The translations under genes and the position numbers were made by a program. The notes under the pieces were generated by a model that searched no databases, had not been told where the DNA came from, and saw only the letters and a list, made by a program, of their open reading frames with translations. DNA of 64,000 nucleotides from the human T2T-CHM13v2.0 reference genome, Homo sapiens, in NCBI RefSeq assembly GCF_009914755.1, contig NC_060925.1; one strand, given 5' to 3'. Positions 14,001 to 27,600 of the stretch are shown here, piece by piece. Positions within the stretch are counted from its first letter, which is position 1. Every line of letters begins with the position of its first letter.

Positions 14001-16549
14001 AATTATCGAATGGAATCGAAGAGAATCATCGAATGGACTCGAATGGAATCATCTAATGGAATGGAATGGAAGAATCCATGGTCTCGAATGCAATCATCAT
14101 CGAATGGAATCGAATGGAATCATTGAATGGACTCGAATGGAATAATCATTGAATGGAATCGAATGGAATCATCATCGGATGGAAACGAATGGAATCATCA
14201 AATGGAATCAGATGGAATCATCATCAAATGGAATCGAATAGAATTATGGAATGAAATCCATTGTGATCATCATCGAATGGACTCGAATGGAATCATCATC
14301 CAATGGAAACTAATGGAATCAACATCGAATGGAATCGAATGGAAACTCCATCGAATTGAAACGAATGGAATTATCATGAAATTGAAATGGATGGACTCAT
14401 CATCGAATGGATTCGAATGGAATCATCGAATGAAATTGATTGAAATCCTCATCAAATGGAATCGAATGGAACCATTGAATGGAATCGAATGGAATCATCA
14501 TCAGATGTAAATGAATGGAATCATCATAGAATGGAATCGAGTGGATTCATTGAATGGAATCAGATGGAATCATCGAATGGACTTGAATGGAATCATTGAA
14601 TGGACTCGAATGGAATCATTATTGAATGGAATTGAATGGAATCATCGAATGGTCTCGAATGGAATCATTATCAAATGGAATCGAATGGAATCACCGAATA
14701 GAATCGAATGGAACAATCATCGAATGGACTCAAATGGAATTATCCTCAAATGGAATCGAATGGAATTATCGAATGCAATCGAATGGAATAATCGAATGCA
14801 ATCGAATAGAATCATCGAATGGACTTGAAAGGAATCATCGATTGAAATGGAATGGAATAGTCAATGAACTCGAATGGAATCATCATTGAATGGAATCATC
14901 GAGTGGAATCGAATGGAATCATGATCAAATGGAATCGAAAGTAATCATCATCAAATGGAATCAAAAATAACCATCATCAATTGGTATTGAATGGAATTGT
15001 CATCAAACGGAATTCAAAGGAATCATCATCAAATGGAACCGAATGGAATCCTCATTGAATGGAAATGAAAGGAGTCATCATCTAACGGAATCGCATGGAA
15101 TCATCATCAAATGGAATCGAATGGAATTATCGCCAATGGAATATAACGGAAGCATTGAACGGAATTGAATGGAATCATCATCGAATGAATTGAATGCAAT
15201 CAACGAATGGTGTCGAATGGAGCCATCTCCAAATGGAATGGAATGGAATCATTGCATAGAATCGAATGGAATTATCATCGAATGGACTCGAATGGAATCA
15301 ACATCAAACGGAATCAAACGGAACTATCGAATGGAATCGAAGAGAATCATCGAACGGACTCGAATGGAATCATCTAATGGAATGGAATGGAAGAATTCAT
15401 GGAATCGAATGCAGTCATCATCGAATGGAATCGAATGGAATCATCGAATGGACTCGAATGGAATAATCATTGAACGGAATCGAATGGAATCATCATCGGA
15501 TGGAAACGAATGGAATCATCATCGAATGGAATCGAATGGGATCATCAAATGGAATCAGACGGAATCATCATCAAATGGAATCGAATAGAATTATGGAATG
15601 AAATCCAATGTGATCATCATGGAATGGACTCGAATGGAATCATCATCCAATGGAAACTAATGGAATCAACATCGAATGGAATCGAATGGAAACACCATCG
15701 AATTGAAACGAATGGAATTATCATGAAATTGAAATGGATGGACTCATCATCGAATGGATTCGAATGGAATCATCGAATGAAATTGATTGAAATCATCATC
15801 AAATGGAATCGAAAGGAATCACTGAATGGAATCGAATGGAATCATCATCAGATGGGAATGAATGGAATCATCATAGAATGGAATCGCATGGATTCATTGA
15901 ATGGAATCAGATGGAATCATCGAATGGGCTTGAATGGAATCGTTGAATGGACTAGAATGGAATCATTATTGAATGGAATTGAATAGAATCATCGAATGGT
16001 CTCGAATGGAATCATTATCAAATGAAGTCGAATGGAATCACCGAATAGAATCGAATGGAACCATCATCGAATGGACTCAAATGGAATTATCCTCAAATGG
16101 CATCAAGTGGATTTATCGAATGCAATCGAATGGAATTATCGAATGCAATCGAATAGAATCATCGAATGGACTCGAATGGAATCATCGAATGGAATGCAAT
16201 GGATTAATCCATGGACTCGAATTCAATCACCATCGAATACAATCGAATGGAGTCATCGAATCGACCCAAATGGAATAATCATTGAATGGAATCGAATGGA
16301 ATCATCGAGTGGAATCGAATGGAATCATGATCAAATGGAATCGAATGTAATCGTCATCAAATGGAATCAAAAATAAACATCATCAATTGGTATTGAATGG
16401 AATTGTCATCAAATGGAATTCAAAGGAATCATCATCAAATGGAACCGAATGGAATCCTCATTGAATGGAAATGAAAGGAGTCATCATCTAATGGAATCGC
16501 ATGGAATCATCATCAAATGGAATCGAATGGAAGCATTGAACGGAATTGA
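11035..16549 (+). repeat. 5515-bp 4-monomer higher-order unit, copy 2
   Basis: It has the same 1407/1406/1321/1381 length series and the same diagnostic variants as 1-5459, at offset 11090. Confidence 0.88.
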
Positions 16550-19278
16550 ATGGAATCGTCATCGAATGAATTGAATGCAATCAACGAATCGTCTCGAATG
16601 GAACCACCTCCAAATGGAATGGAATGGAATCATCGCATAGAATCGAATGGAATTATAATCGAATGGACTCGAATGGAATCAACATCAAACGGAATCAAAC
16701 GGAATTATCGAATGGAATCGAAGAGAATCATCGAATGGACTCGAATGGAATCATCCAATGGAATGGAATGGAAGAATCCATGGTCTCGAATGCAATCATC
16801 ATCGAATGGAATCGAATGGAATCATTGAATGGACTCGAATGGAATAATCATTGAACGGAATCGAATGGAATCATCATCGGATGGAAAGGAATGGAATCAT
16901 CATCGAATGGAATCGAATGGGATCATCAAATGGAATCAGATGGAATCATCATCAAATGGAATCGAATAGAATTATGGAATGAAATCCATTGTGATCATCA
17001 TCGAATGGACTCGAATGGAATCATCATCCAATGGAAACTAATGGAATCAACATCGAATGGAATTGAATGGAAACTCCATCGAATTGAAACGAATTGAATT
17101 ATCATGAAATTGAAATGGATGGACTCATCATCGAATGGATTCGAATGGAATCATCGAATGAAATTGATTGAAATCATCATCAAATGGAATCGAATGGAAT
17201 CATTGAATGGAATCGAATGGAATCATCATCAGATGGAAATGAATGGAATCATCATAGAATGGAATCGAATGGATTCATTGAATGGAATCAGATGGAATCA
17301 TCGAATGGACTTGAATGGAATCATTGAATGGACTCGAATGGAATCATTATTGAATGGAATTGAATGGAATCATCGAATGGTCTCGAATGGAATCATTATC
17401 AAATGGAATCGAATGGAATCACCGAATAGAATCGAATGGAACAATCATCGAATGGACTCAAATGGAATTATCCTCAAATGGAATCGAATGGAATTATCGA
17501 ATGCAATCGAATGGAATAATCGAATGCAATCGAATAGAATCATCGAATGGACTTGAAAGGAATCATCGATTGAAATGGAATGGAATAGTCAATGAACTCG
17601 AATGGAATCATCATTGAATGGAATCATCGAGTGGAATCGAATGGAATCATGATCAAATGGAATCGAATGTAATCATCATCAAATGGAATCAAAAATAAAC
17701 ATCATCAATTGGTATTGAATGGAATTGTCATCAAATGGAATTCAAAGGAATCATCATCAAATGGAACCGAATGGAATCCTCATTGAATGGAAATGAAAGG
17801 AGTCATCATCTAATGGAATCGCACGGAATCATCATCAAATGGAATCGAATGGAATCATCATCAAATGGAATCTAATGGAATCATTGAAAGGAATTGAATG
17901 GAATGGTCATCGAATGAATTGAATGCAATCAACGAATGGTCTCGAATGGAACCACCTCCAAATGGAAAGGAATGGAATCATCGCATAGAATCGAATGGAA
18001 TTATCATTGAATGGACTCGAATGGAATCAACATCAAACGGAATCAAACGGAATTATCGAATGGAATCGAAGAGAATCATCGAACGGACTCGAATGGAATC
18101 ATCTAATGGAATGGTATGGAAGAATTCATGGACTCGAATGCAGTCATCATCGAATGGAATCGAATGGAATCATCGAATGGACTCGAATGGAATAATCATT
18201 GAACGGAATCGAATGGAATCATCATCGGATGGAAACGAATGGAATCATCATCGAATGGAATCGAATGGGATCATCAAATGGAATCAGATGGAATCATCAT
18301 CAAATGGAATCGAATACAATTATGGAATGAAATCCAATGCGATCATCATTGAATGGACTCGAATGGAATCATCATCCAATGGAAACTAATGGAATCAACA
18401 TCGAATGGAATCGAATGGAAACACCATCGAATTGAAACGAATGGAATTATCATGAAATTGAAATGGATGGACTCATCATCGAATGGATTCGAATGGAATC
18501 ATCGAATGAAATTGATTGAAATCATCATCAAATGGAATCGAAAGGAATCATTGAATGGAATCGAATGGAATCATCATCAGATGGAAATGAATGGAATCAT
18601 CATAGAATGGAATCGCATGGATTCATTGAATGGAATCAGATGGAATCATCGAATGGACTTGAATGGAATCGTTGAATGGACTCGAATGGAATCATTATTG
18701 AATGGAATTGAATAGAATCATCGAATGGTCTCGAATGGAATCATTATCAAATGAAGTCGAATGGAATCACCGAATAGAATCGAATGGAACAATCATCGAA
18801 TGGACTCAAATGGAATTATCCTCAAATGGAATCAAATGGATTTATCGAATGCAATCGAATGGACTTATCGAATGCAATCGAATAGAATCATCGAATGGAC
18901 TCGAATGGAATCATCGAATGGAATGCAATGGATTAATCCATGGACTCGAATTCAATCACCATCGAATACAATCGAATGGAGTCATCGAATCGACTCAAAT
19001 GGAATAATCATTGAATGGAATCGAATGGAATCATCGAGTGGAATCGAATGGAATCATGATCAAATGGAATCGAATGTAATCGTCATCAAATGGAATCAAA
19101 AATAAACATCATCAATTGGTATTGAATGGAATTGTCATCAAATGGAATTCAAAGGAATCATCATCAAATGGAACCGAATGGAATCCTCATTGAATGGAAA
19201 TGAAAGGAGTCATCATCTAATGGAATCGCATGGAATCATCATCAAACGGAATCGAATGGAATCATTGAACGGAATTGA

Positions 19279-22200
19279 ATGGAATCGTCATCGAATGAAT
19301 TGAATGCAATCAACGAATGGTCTCCAATGGAACCACCTCCAAATGGAATGGAATGGAATCATCGCATAGAATCGAATGGAATTATAATCGAATGGACTCG
19401 AATGGAATCAACATCAAACGGAATCAAACGGAATTATCGAATGGAATCGAAGAGAATCATCGAATGGACTCGAATGGAATCATCTAATGGAATGGAATGG
19501 AAGAATCCATGGTCTCGAATGCAATCATCATCGAATGGAATCGAATGGAATCATTGAATGGACTCGAATGGAATAATCATTGAATGGAATCGAATGGAAT
19601 CATCATCGGATGGAAACGAATGGAATCATCAAATGGAATCAGATGGAATCATCATCAAATGGAATCGAATAGAATTATGGAATGAAATCCATTGTGATCA
19701 TCATCGAATGGACTCGAATGGAATCATCATCCAATGGAAACTAATGGAATCAACATCGAATGGAATCGAATGGAAACTCCATCGAATTGAAACGAATGGA
19801 ATTATCATGAAATTGAAATGGATGGACTCATCATCGAATGGATTCGAATGGAATCATCGAATGAAATTGATTGAAATCATCATCAAATGGAATCGAATGG
19901 AATCATTGAATGGAATCGAATGGAATCATCATCAGATGGAAATGAATGGAATCATCATAGAATGGAATCGAGTGGATTCATTGAATGGAATCAGATGGAA
20001 TCATCGAATGGACTTGAATGGAATCATTGAATGGACTCGAATGGAATCATTATTGAATGGAATTGAATGGAATCATCGAATGGTCTCGAATGGAATCATT
20101 ATCAAATGGAATCGAATGGAATCACCGAATAGAATCGAATGGAACAATCATCGAATGGACTCAAATGGAATTATCCTCAAATGGAATCGAATGGAATTAT
20201 CGAATGCAATCGAATGGAATAATCGAATGCAATCGAATAGAATCATCGAATGGACTTGAAAGGAATCATCGATTGAAATGGAATGGAATAGTCAATGAAC
20301 TCGAATGGAATCATCATTGAATGGAATCATCGAGTGGAATCGAATGGAATCATGATCAAATGGAATCGAAAGTAATCATCATCAAATGGAATCAAAAATA
20401 ACCATCATCAATTGGTATTGAATGGAATTGTCATCAAACGGAATTCAAAGGAATCATCATCAAATGGAACCGAATGGAATCCTCATTGAATGGAAATGAA
20501 AGGAATCATCATCTAATGGAATCGCATGGAATCATCATCAAATGGAATCTAATGGAATCATTGAACGGAATTGAATGGAATCGTCATCGAATGAATTCAA
20601 TGCAATCAACGAATGGTCTCGAATGGAACCACCTCCAAATGGAATGGAATGGAATCATCGCATAGAATCGAATGGAATTATCATCGAATGGACTCGAATG
20701 GAATCAACATCAAACGGAATCAAACGGAATTATCGAAAGGAATCGAAGAGAATCATCAAACGGACTCGAATGGAATCATCTAATGGAATGGAATGGAAGA
20801 ATCCATGGACTCGAATGCAATCATCATCGAATGGAATCGAATGGAATCATCGAATGGACTCGAATGGAATAATCATTGAACGGAATCGAATGAATCATCA
20901 TCGGATGGAAACGAATGGAATCATCATCGAATGGAATCGAATGGGATCATCAAATGGAATCAGATGGAATCATCATCAAATGGAATCGAATAGAATTATG
21001 GAATGAAATCCAATGTGATCATCATTGAATGGACTCGAATGGAATCATCATCCAATGGAAACTAATGGAATCAACATCGAATGGAATCGAATGGAAACAC
21101 CATCGAATTGAAACGAATGGAATTATCATGAAATTGAAATGGATGGACTCATCATCGAATGGATTCGAATGGAATCATCGAATGAAATTGATTGAAATCA
21201 TCATCAAATGGAATCGAAAGGAATCATTGAATGGAATCGAATGGAATCATCATCAGATGGAAATGAATGGAATCATCATAGAATGGAATCGAATGGATTC
21301 ATTGAGTGAAATCAGATGGAATCATCGAATGGACTTGAATGGAATCGTTGAATGGACTCGAATGGAATCATTATTGAATGGAATTGAATAGAATCATCGA
21401 ATGGTCTCGAATGGAATCATTATCAAATGAAGTCGAATGGAATCACCGAATAGAATCGAATGGAACAATCATCGAATGGACTCAAATGGAATTATCCTCA
21501 AATGGAATCAAATGGATTTATCGAATGCAATCGAATGGAATTATCGAATGCAATCGAATAGAATCATCGAATGGACTCGAATGGAATCATCGAGTGGAAT
21601 GCAATGGATTAATCCATGGACTCGAATTCAATCACCATCGAATACAATCGAATGGAGTCATCGAATCGACTCAAATGGCATAATCATTGAATGGAATCGA
21701 ATGGAGTCATCGAGTGGAATCGAATGGAATCATGATCAAATGGAATCGAATGTAATCATCATCAAATGGAATCAAAAATAAACATCATCAATTGGTATTG
21801 AATGGAATTGTCATCAAATGGAATTCAAAGGAATCATCATCAAATGGAACCGAATGGAATCCTCATTGAATGGAAATGAAAGGAGTCATCATCTAATGGA
21901 ATCGCATGGAATCATCATCAAATGGAATCTAATGGAATCATCATCAAATGGAATCTAATGGAATCACTGAACGGAATTGAATGGAATCGTCTTCGAATGA
22001 ATTGAATGCAATCAACGAATGGTCTCGAATGGAACCACCTCCAAATGGAATGGAATGGAATCATCGCATAGAATCGAATGGAATTATAATCGAATGGACT
22101 CGAATGGAATCAACATCAAACGGAATCAAACGGAATTATCGAATGGAATCGAAGAGAATCATCGAATGGACTCGAATGGAATCATCTAATGGAATGGAAT

Positions 22201-23950
22201 GGAAGAATCCATGGTCTCGAATGCAATCATCATCGAATGGAATCGAATGGAATCATTGAATGGACTCGAATGGAATAATCATTGAATGGAATCGAATGGA
22301 ATCATCATCGGATGGAAACGAATGGAATCATCAAATGGAATCAGATGGAATCATCATCAAATGGAATCGAATAGAATTATGGAATGAAATCCATTGTGAT
22401 CATCATCGAATGGACTCGAATGGAATCATCATCCAATGGAAACTAATGGAATCAACATCGAATGGAATCGAATGGAAACTCCATCGAATTGATACGAATG
22501 GAATTATCATGAAATTGAAATGGATGGACTCATCATAGAATGGATTCGAATGGAATCATCGAATGAAATTGATTGAAATCATCATCAAATGGAATCGAAT
22601 GGAATCATTGAATGGAATCGAATGGAATCATCATCAGATGGAAATGAATGGAATCATAGAATGGAATCGAGTGGATTCATTGAATGGAATCAGATGGAAT
22701 CATCGAATGGACTTGAATGGAATCATTGAATGGACTCGAATGGAATCATTATTGAATGGAATTGAATGGAATCATCGAATGGTCTCGAATGGAATCATTA
22801 TCAAATGGAATCGAATGGAATCACCGAATAGAATCGAATGGATCAATCATCGAATGGACTCAAATGGAATTATCCTCAAATGGAATCGAATGGAATTATC
22901 GAATGCAATCGAATGGAATAATCGAATGCAATCGAATAGAATCATCGAATGGACTTGAAAGGAATCATCGATTGAAATGGAATGGAATAGTCAATGAACT
23001 CGAACGGAATCATCATTGAATGGAATCATCGAGTGGAATCGAATGGAATCATGATCAAATGGAATCGAAAGTAATCATCATCAAATGGAATCAAAAATAA
23101 CCATCATCAATTGGTATTGAATGGAATTGTCATCAAACGGAATTCAAAGGAATCATCATCAAATGGAACCGAATGGAATCCTCATTGAATGGAAATGAAA
23201 GGAGTCATCATCTAATGGAATCGCATGGAATCATCATCAAATGGAATCTAATGGAATCATTGAACGGAATTGAATGGAATCGTCATCGAATGAATTCAAT
23301 GCAATCAACGAATGGTCTCGAATGGAACCACCTCCAAATGGAATGGAATGGAATCATCGCATAGAATCGAATGGAATTATCATCGAATGGACTCGAATGG
23401 AATCAACATCAAACGGAATCAAACGGAATTATCGAAAGGAATCGAAGAGAATCATCGAACGGACTCGAATGGAATCATCTAATGGAATGGAATGGAAGAA
23501 TCCATGGACTCGAATGCAATCATCATCGAATGGAATCGAATGGAATCATCGAATGGACTCGAATGGAATAATCATTGAACGGAATCGAATGGAATCATCA
23601 TCGGATGGAAACGAATGGAATCATCATCGAATGGAATCGAATGGGATCATCAAATGGAATCAGATGGAATCATCATCAAATGGAATCGAATAGAATTACG
23701 GAATGAAATCCAATGTGATCATCATTGAATGGACTCGAATGGAATCATCATCCAATGGAAACTAATGGAATCAACATCGAATGGAATCGAATGGAAACAC
23801 CATCGAATTGAAACGAATGGAATTATCATGAAATTGAAATGGAGGGACTCATCATCGAATGGATTCGAATGGAATCATCGAATGAAATTGATAGAAATCA
23901 TCATCAAATGGAATCGAAAGGAATCATTGAATGGAATCGAATGGAATCAT
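19279..23950 (+). repeat. Partial (~3.5-monomer) copy of the downstream 7-mer, offset 6723 bp
   Basis: ORF starts pair as 19279/26002, 20575/27298, 21981/28704 and 23274/29997. The marker GGAGGGACT is at 23841/30564. Confidence 0.85.
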
Positions 23951-24621
23951 CATCAGATGGAAATGAATGGAATCATCATAGAATGGAATCGAGTGGATTC
24001 ATTGAATGGAATCAGATGGAATCATCGAATGGACTTGAATGGAATCATTGAATGGACTCGAATGGAATCATTATTGAATGGAATTGAATGGAATCATCGA
24101 ATGGTCTCGAATGGAATCATTATCAAATGGAATCGAATGGAATCACCGAATAGAATCGAATGGAACAATCATCGAATGGACTCAAATGGAATTATCCTCA
24201 AATGGAATCGAATGGAATTATCGAATGCAATCGAATGGAATAATCGAATGCAATCGAATAGAATCATCGAATGGACTTGAAAGGAATCATCGATTGAAAT
24301 GGAATGGAATAGTCAATGAACTCGAATGGAATCATCATTGAATGGAATCATCGAGTGGAATCGAATGGAATCATGATCAAATGGAATCGATAGTAATCAT
24401 CATCAAATGGAATCAAAAATAACCATCATCAATTGGTATTGAATGGAATTGTCATCAAACGGAATTCAAAGGAATCATCATCAAATGGAACCGAATGGAA
24501 TCCTCATTGAATGGAAATGAAAGGAGTCATCATCTAATGGAATCACATGGAATCATCATCAAATGGAATCGAATGGAATCATCATCAAATGGAATCTAAT
24601 GGAATCATTGAACGGAATTGA

Positions 24622-27600
24622 ATGGAATCGTCATCGAATGAATTCAATGCAATCAACGAATGGTCTCGAATGGAACCACCTCCAAATGGAATGGAATGGA
24701 ATCATCGCATAAAATCGAATGGAATTATCATCGAATGGACTCGAATGGAATCAACATCAAACGGAATCAAACGGAATTATCGAATGGAATCGAAGAGAAT
24801 CATCGAACGGACTCGAATGGAATCATCTAATGGAATGGAATGGAAGAATCCATGGACTCGAATGCAATCATCATCGAATGGAATCGAATGGAATCATCGA
24901 ATGTACTCGAATGGAATAATCATTGAACGGAAACGAATGAATCATCATCGGATGGAAACGAATGGAATCATCATCGAATGGAATCGAATGGGATCATCAA
25001 ATGGAATCAGATGGAATCATCATCAAATGGAATCGAATAGAATTATGGAATGAAATCCAATGTGATCATCATTGAATGGACTCGAATGGAATCATCATCC
25101 AATGGAAACTAATGGAATCAACATCGAATGGAATCGAATGGAAACACCATCGAATTGAAACGAATGGAATTATCATGAAATTGAAATGGATGGACTCATC
25201 ATCGAATGGATTCGAATGGAATCATCGAATGAAATTGATTATAATCATCATCAAATGGAATCGAAAGGAATCATTGAATGGAATCGAATGGAATCATCAT
25301 CAGATGGAAATGAATGGAATCATCATAGAATGGAATCGCATGGATTCATTGAATGGAATCAGATGGAATCATCGAATGGGCTTGAATGGAATCGTTGAAT
25401 GGACTAGAATGGAATCATTATTGAATGGAATTGAATAGAACCATCGAATGGTCTCGAATGGAATCATTATCAAATGAAGTCGAAATGAATCACCGAATAG
25501 AATCGAATGGAACAATCATCGAATGGACTCAAATGGAATTATCCTCAAATGGCATCAAATGGATTTATCGAATGCAATCGAATGGAATTATCGAATGCAA
25601 TCGAATAGAATCATCGAATGGACTCGAATGGAATCATCGAATGGAATGCAATGGATTAATCCATGGACTCGAATTCAATCACCATCGAATACAATCGAAT
25701 GGAGTCATCGAATCGACTCAAATGGAATAATCATTGAATGGAATCGAATGGAATCATCGAGTGGAATCGAATGGAATCATGATCAAATGGAATCGAATGT
25801 AATCGTCATCAAATGGAATCAAAAATAAACATCATCAATTGGTATTGAATGGAATTGTCATCAAATGGAATTCAAAGGAATCATCATCAAATGGAACCGA
25901 ATGGAATCCTCATTGAATGGAAATGAAAGGAGTCATCATCTAATGGAATCGCATGGAATCATCATCAAACGGAATCGAATGGAATCATTGAACGGAATTG
26001 AATGGAATCGTCATCGAATGAATTGAATGCAATCAACGAATGGTCTCCAATGGAACCACCTCCAAATGGAATGGAATGGAATCATCGCATAGAATCGAAT
26101 GGAATTATAATCGAATGGACTCGAATGGAATCAACATCAAACGGAATCAAACGGAATTATCGAATGGAATCGAAGAGAATCATCGAATGGACTCGAATGG
26201 AATCATCTAATGGAATGGAATGGAAGAATCCATGGTCTCGAATGCAATCATCATCGAATGGAATCGAATGGAATCATTGAATGGACTCGAATGGAATAAT
26301 CATTGAATGGAATCGAATGGAATCATCATCGGATGGAAACGAATGGAATCATCAAATGGAATCAGATGGAATCATCATCAAATGGAATCGAATAGAATTA
26401 TGGAATGAAATCCATTGTGATCATCATCGAATGGACTCGAATGGAATCATCATCCAATGGAAACTAATGGAATCAACATCGAATGGAATCGAATGGAAAC
26501 TCCATCGAATTGAAACGAATGGAATTATCATGAAATTGAAATGGATGGACTCATCATCGAATGGATTCGAATGGAATCATCGAATGAAATTGATTGAAAT
26601 CATCATCAAATGGAATCGAATGGAATCATTGAATGGAATCGAATGGAATCATCATCAGATGGAAATGAATGGAATCATCATAGAATGGAATCGAGTGGAT
26701 TCATTGAATGGAATCAGATGGAATCATCGAATGGACTTGAATGGAATCATTGAATGGACTCGAATGGAATCATTATTGAATGGAATTGAATGGAATCATC
26801 GAATGGTCTCGAATGGAATCATTATCAAATGGAATCGAATGGAATCACCGAATAGAATCGAATGGAACAATCATCGAATGGACTCAAATGGAATTATCCT
26901 CAAATGGAATCTAATGGAATTATCGAATGCAATCGAATGGAATAATCGAATGCAATCGAATAGAATCATCGAATGGACTTGAAAGGAATCATCGATTGAA
27001 ATGGAATGGAATAGTCAATGAACTCGAATGGAATCATCATTGAATGGAATCATCGAGTGGAATCGAATGGAATCATGATCAAATGGAATCGAAAGTAATC
27101 ATCATCAAATGGAATCAAAAATAACCATCATCAATTGGTATTGAATGGAATTGTCATCAAACGGAATTCAAAGGAATCATCATCAAATGGAACCGAATGG
27201 AATCCTCATTGAATGGAAATGAAAGGAGTCATCATCTAATGGAATCGCATGGAATCATCATCAAATGGAATCTAATGGAATCATTGAACGGAATTGAATG
27301 GAATCGTCATCGAATGAATTCAATGCAATCAACGAATGGTCTCGAATGGAACCACCTCCAAATGGAATGGAATGGAATCATCGCATAGAATCGAATGGAA
27401 TTATCATCGAATGGACTCGAATGGAATCAACATCAAACGGAATCAAACGGAATTATCGAAAGGAATCGAAGAGAATCATCAAACGGACTCGAATGGAATC
27501 ATCTAATGGAATGGAATGGAAGAATCCATGGACTCGAATGCAATCATCATCGAATGGAATCGAATGGAATCATCGAATGGACTCGAATGGAATAATCATT

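Noticed and set aside
1-16549. An 11090-bp 8-monomer HOR
   Set aside because: The 11090 offset is the sum 5515+2788+2787, and the match ends at about 16550. It is better explained as two 4-mers separated by two dimers, although sequence upstream of the window could change this.
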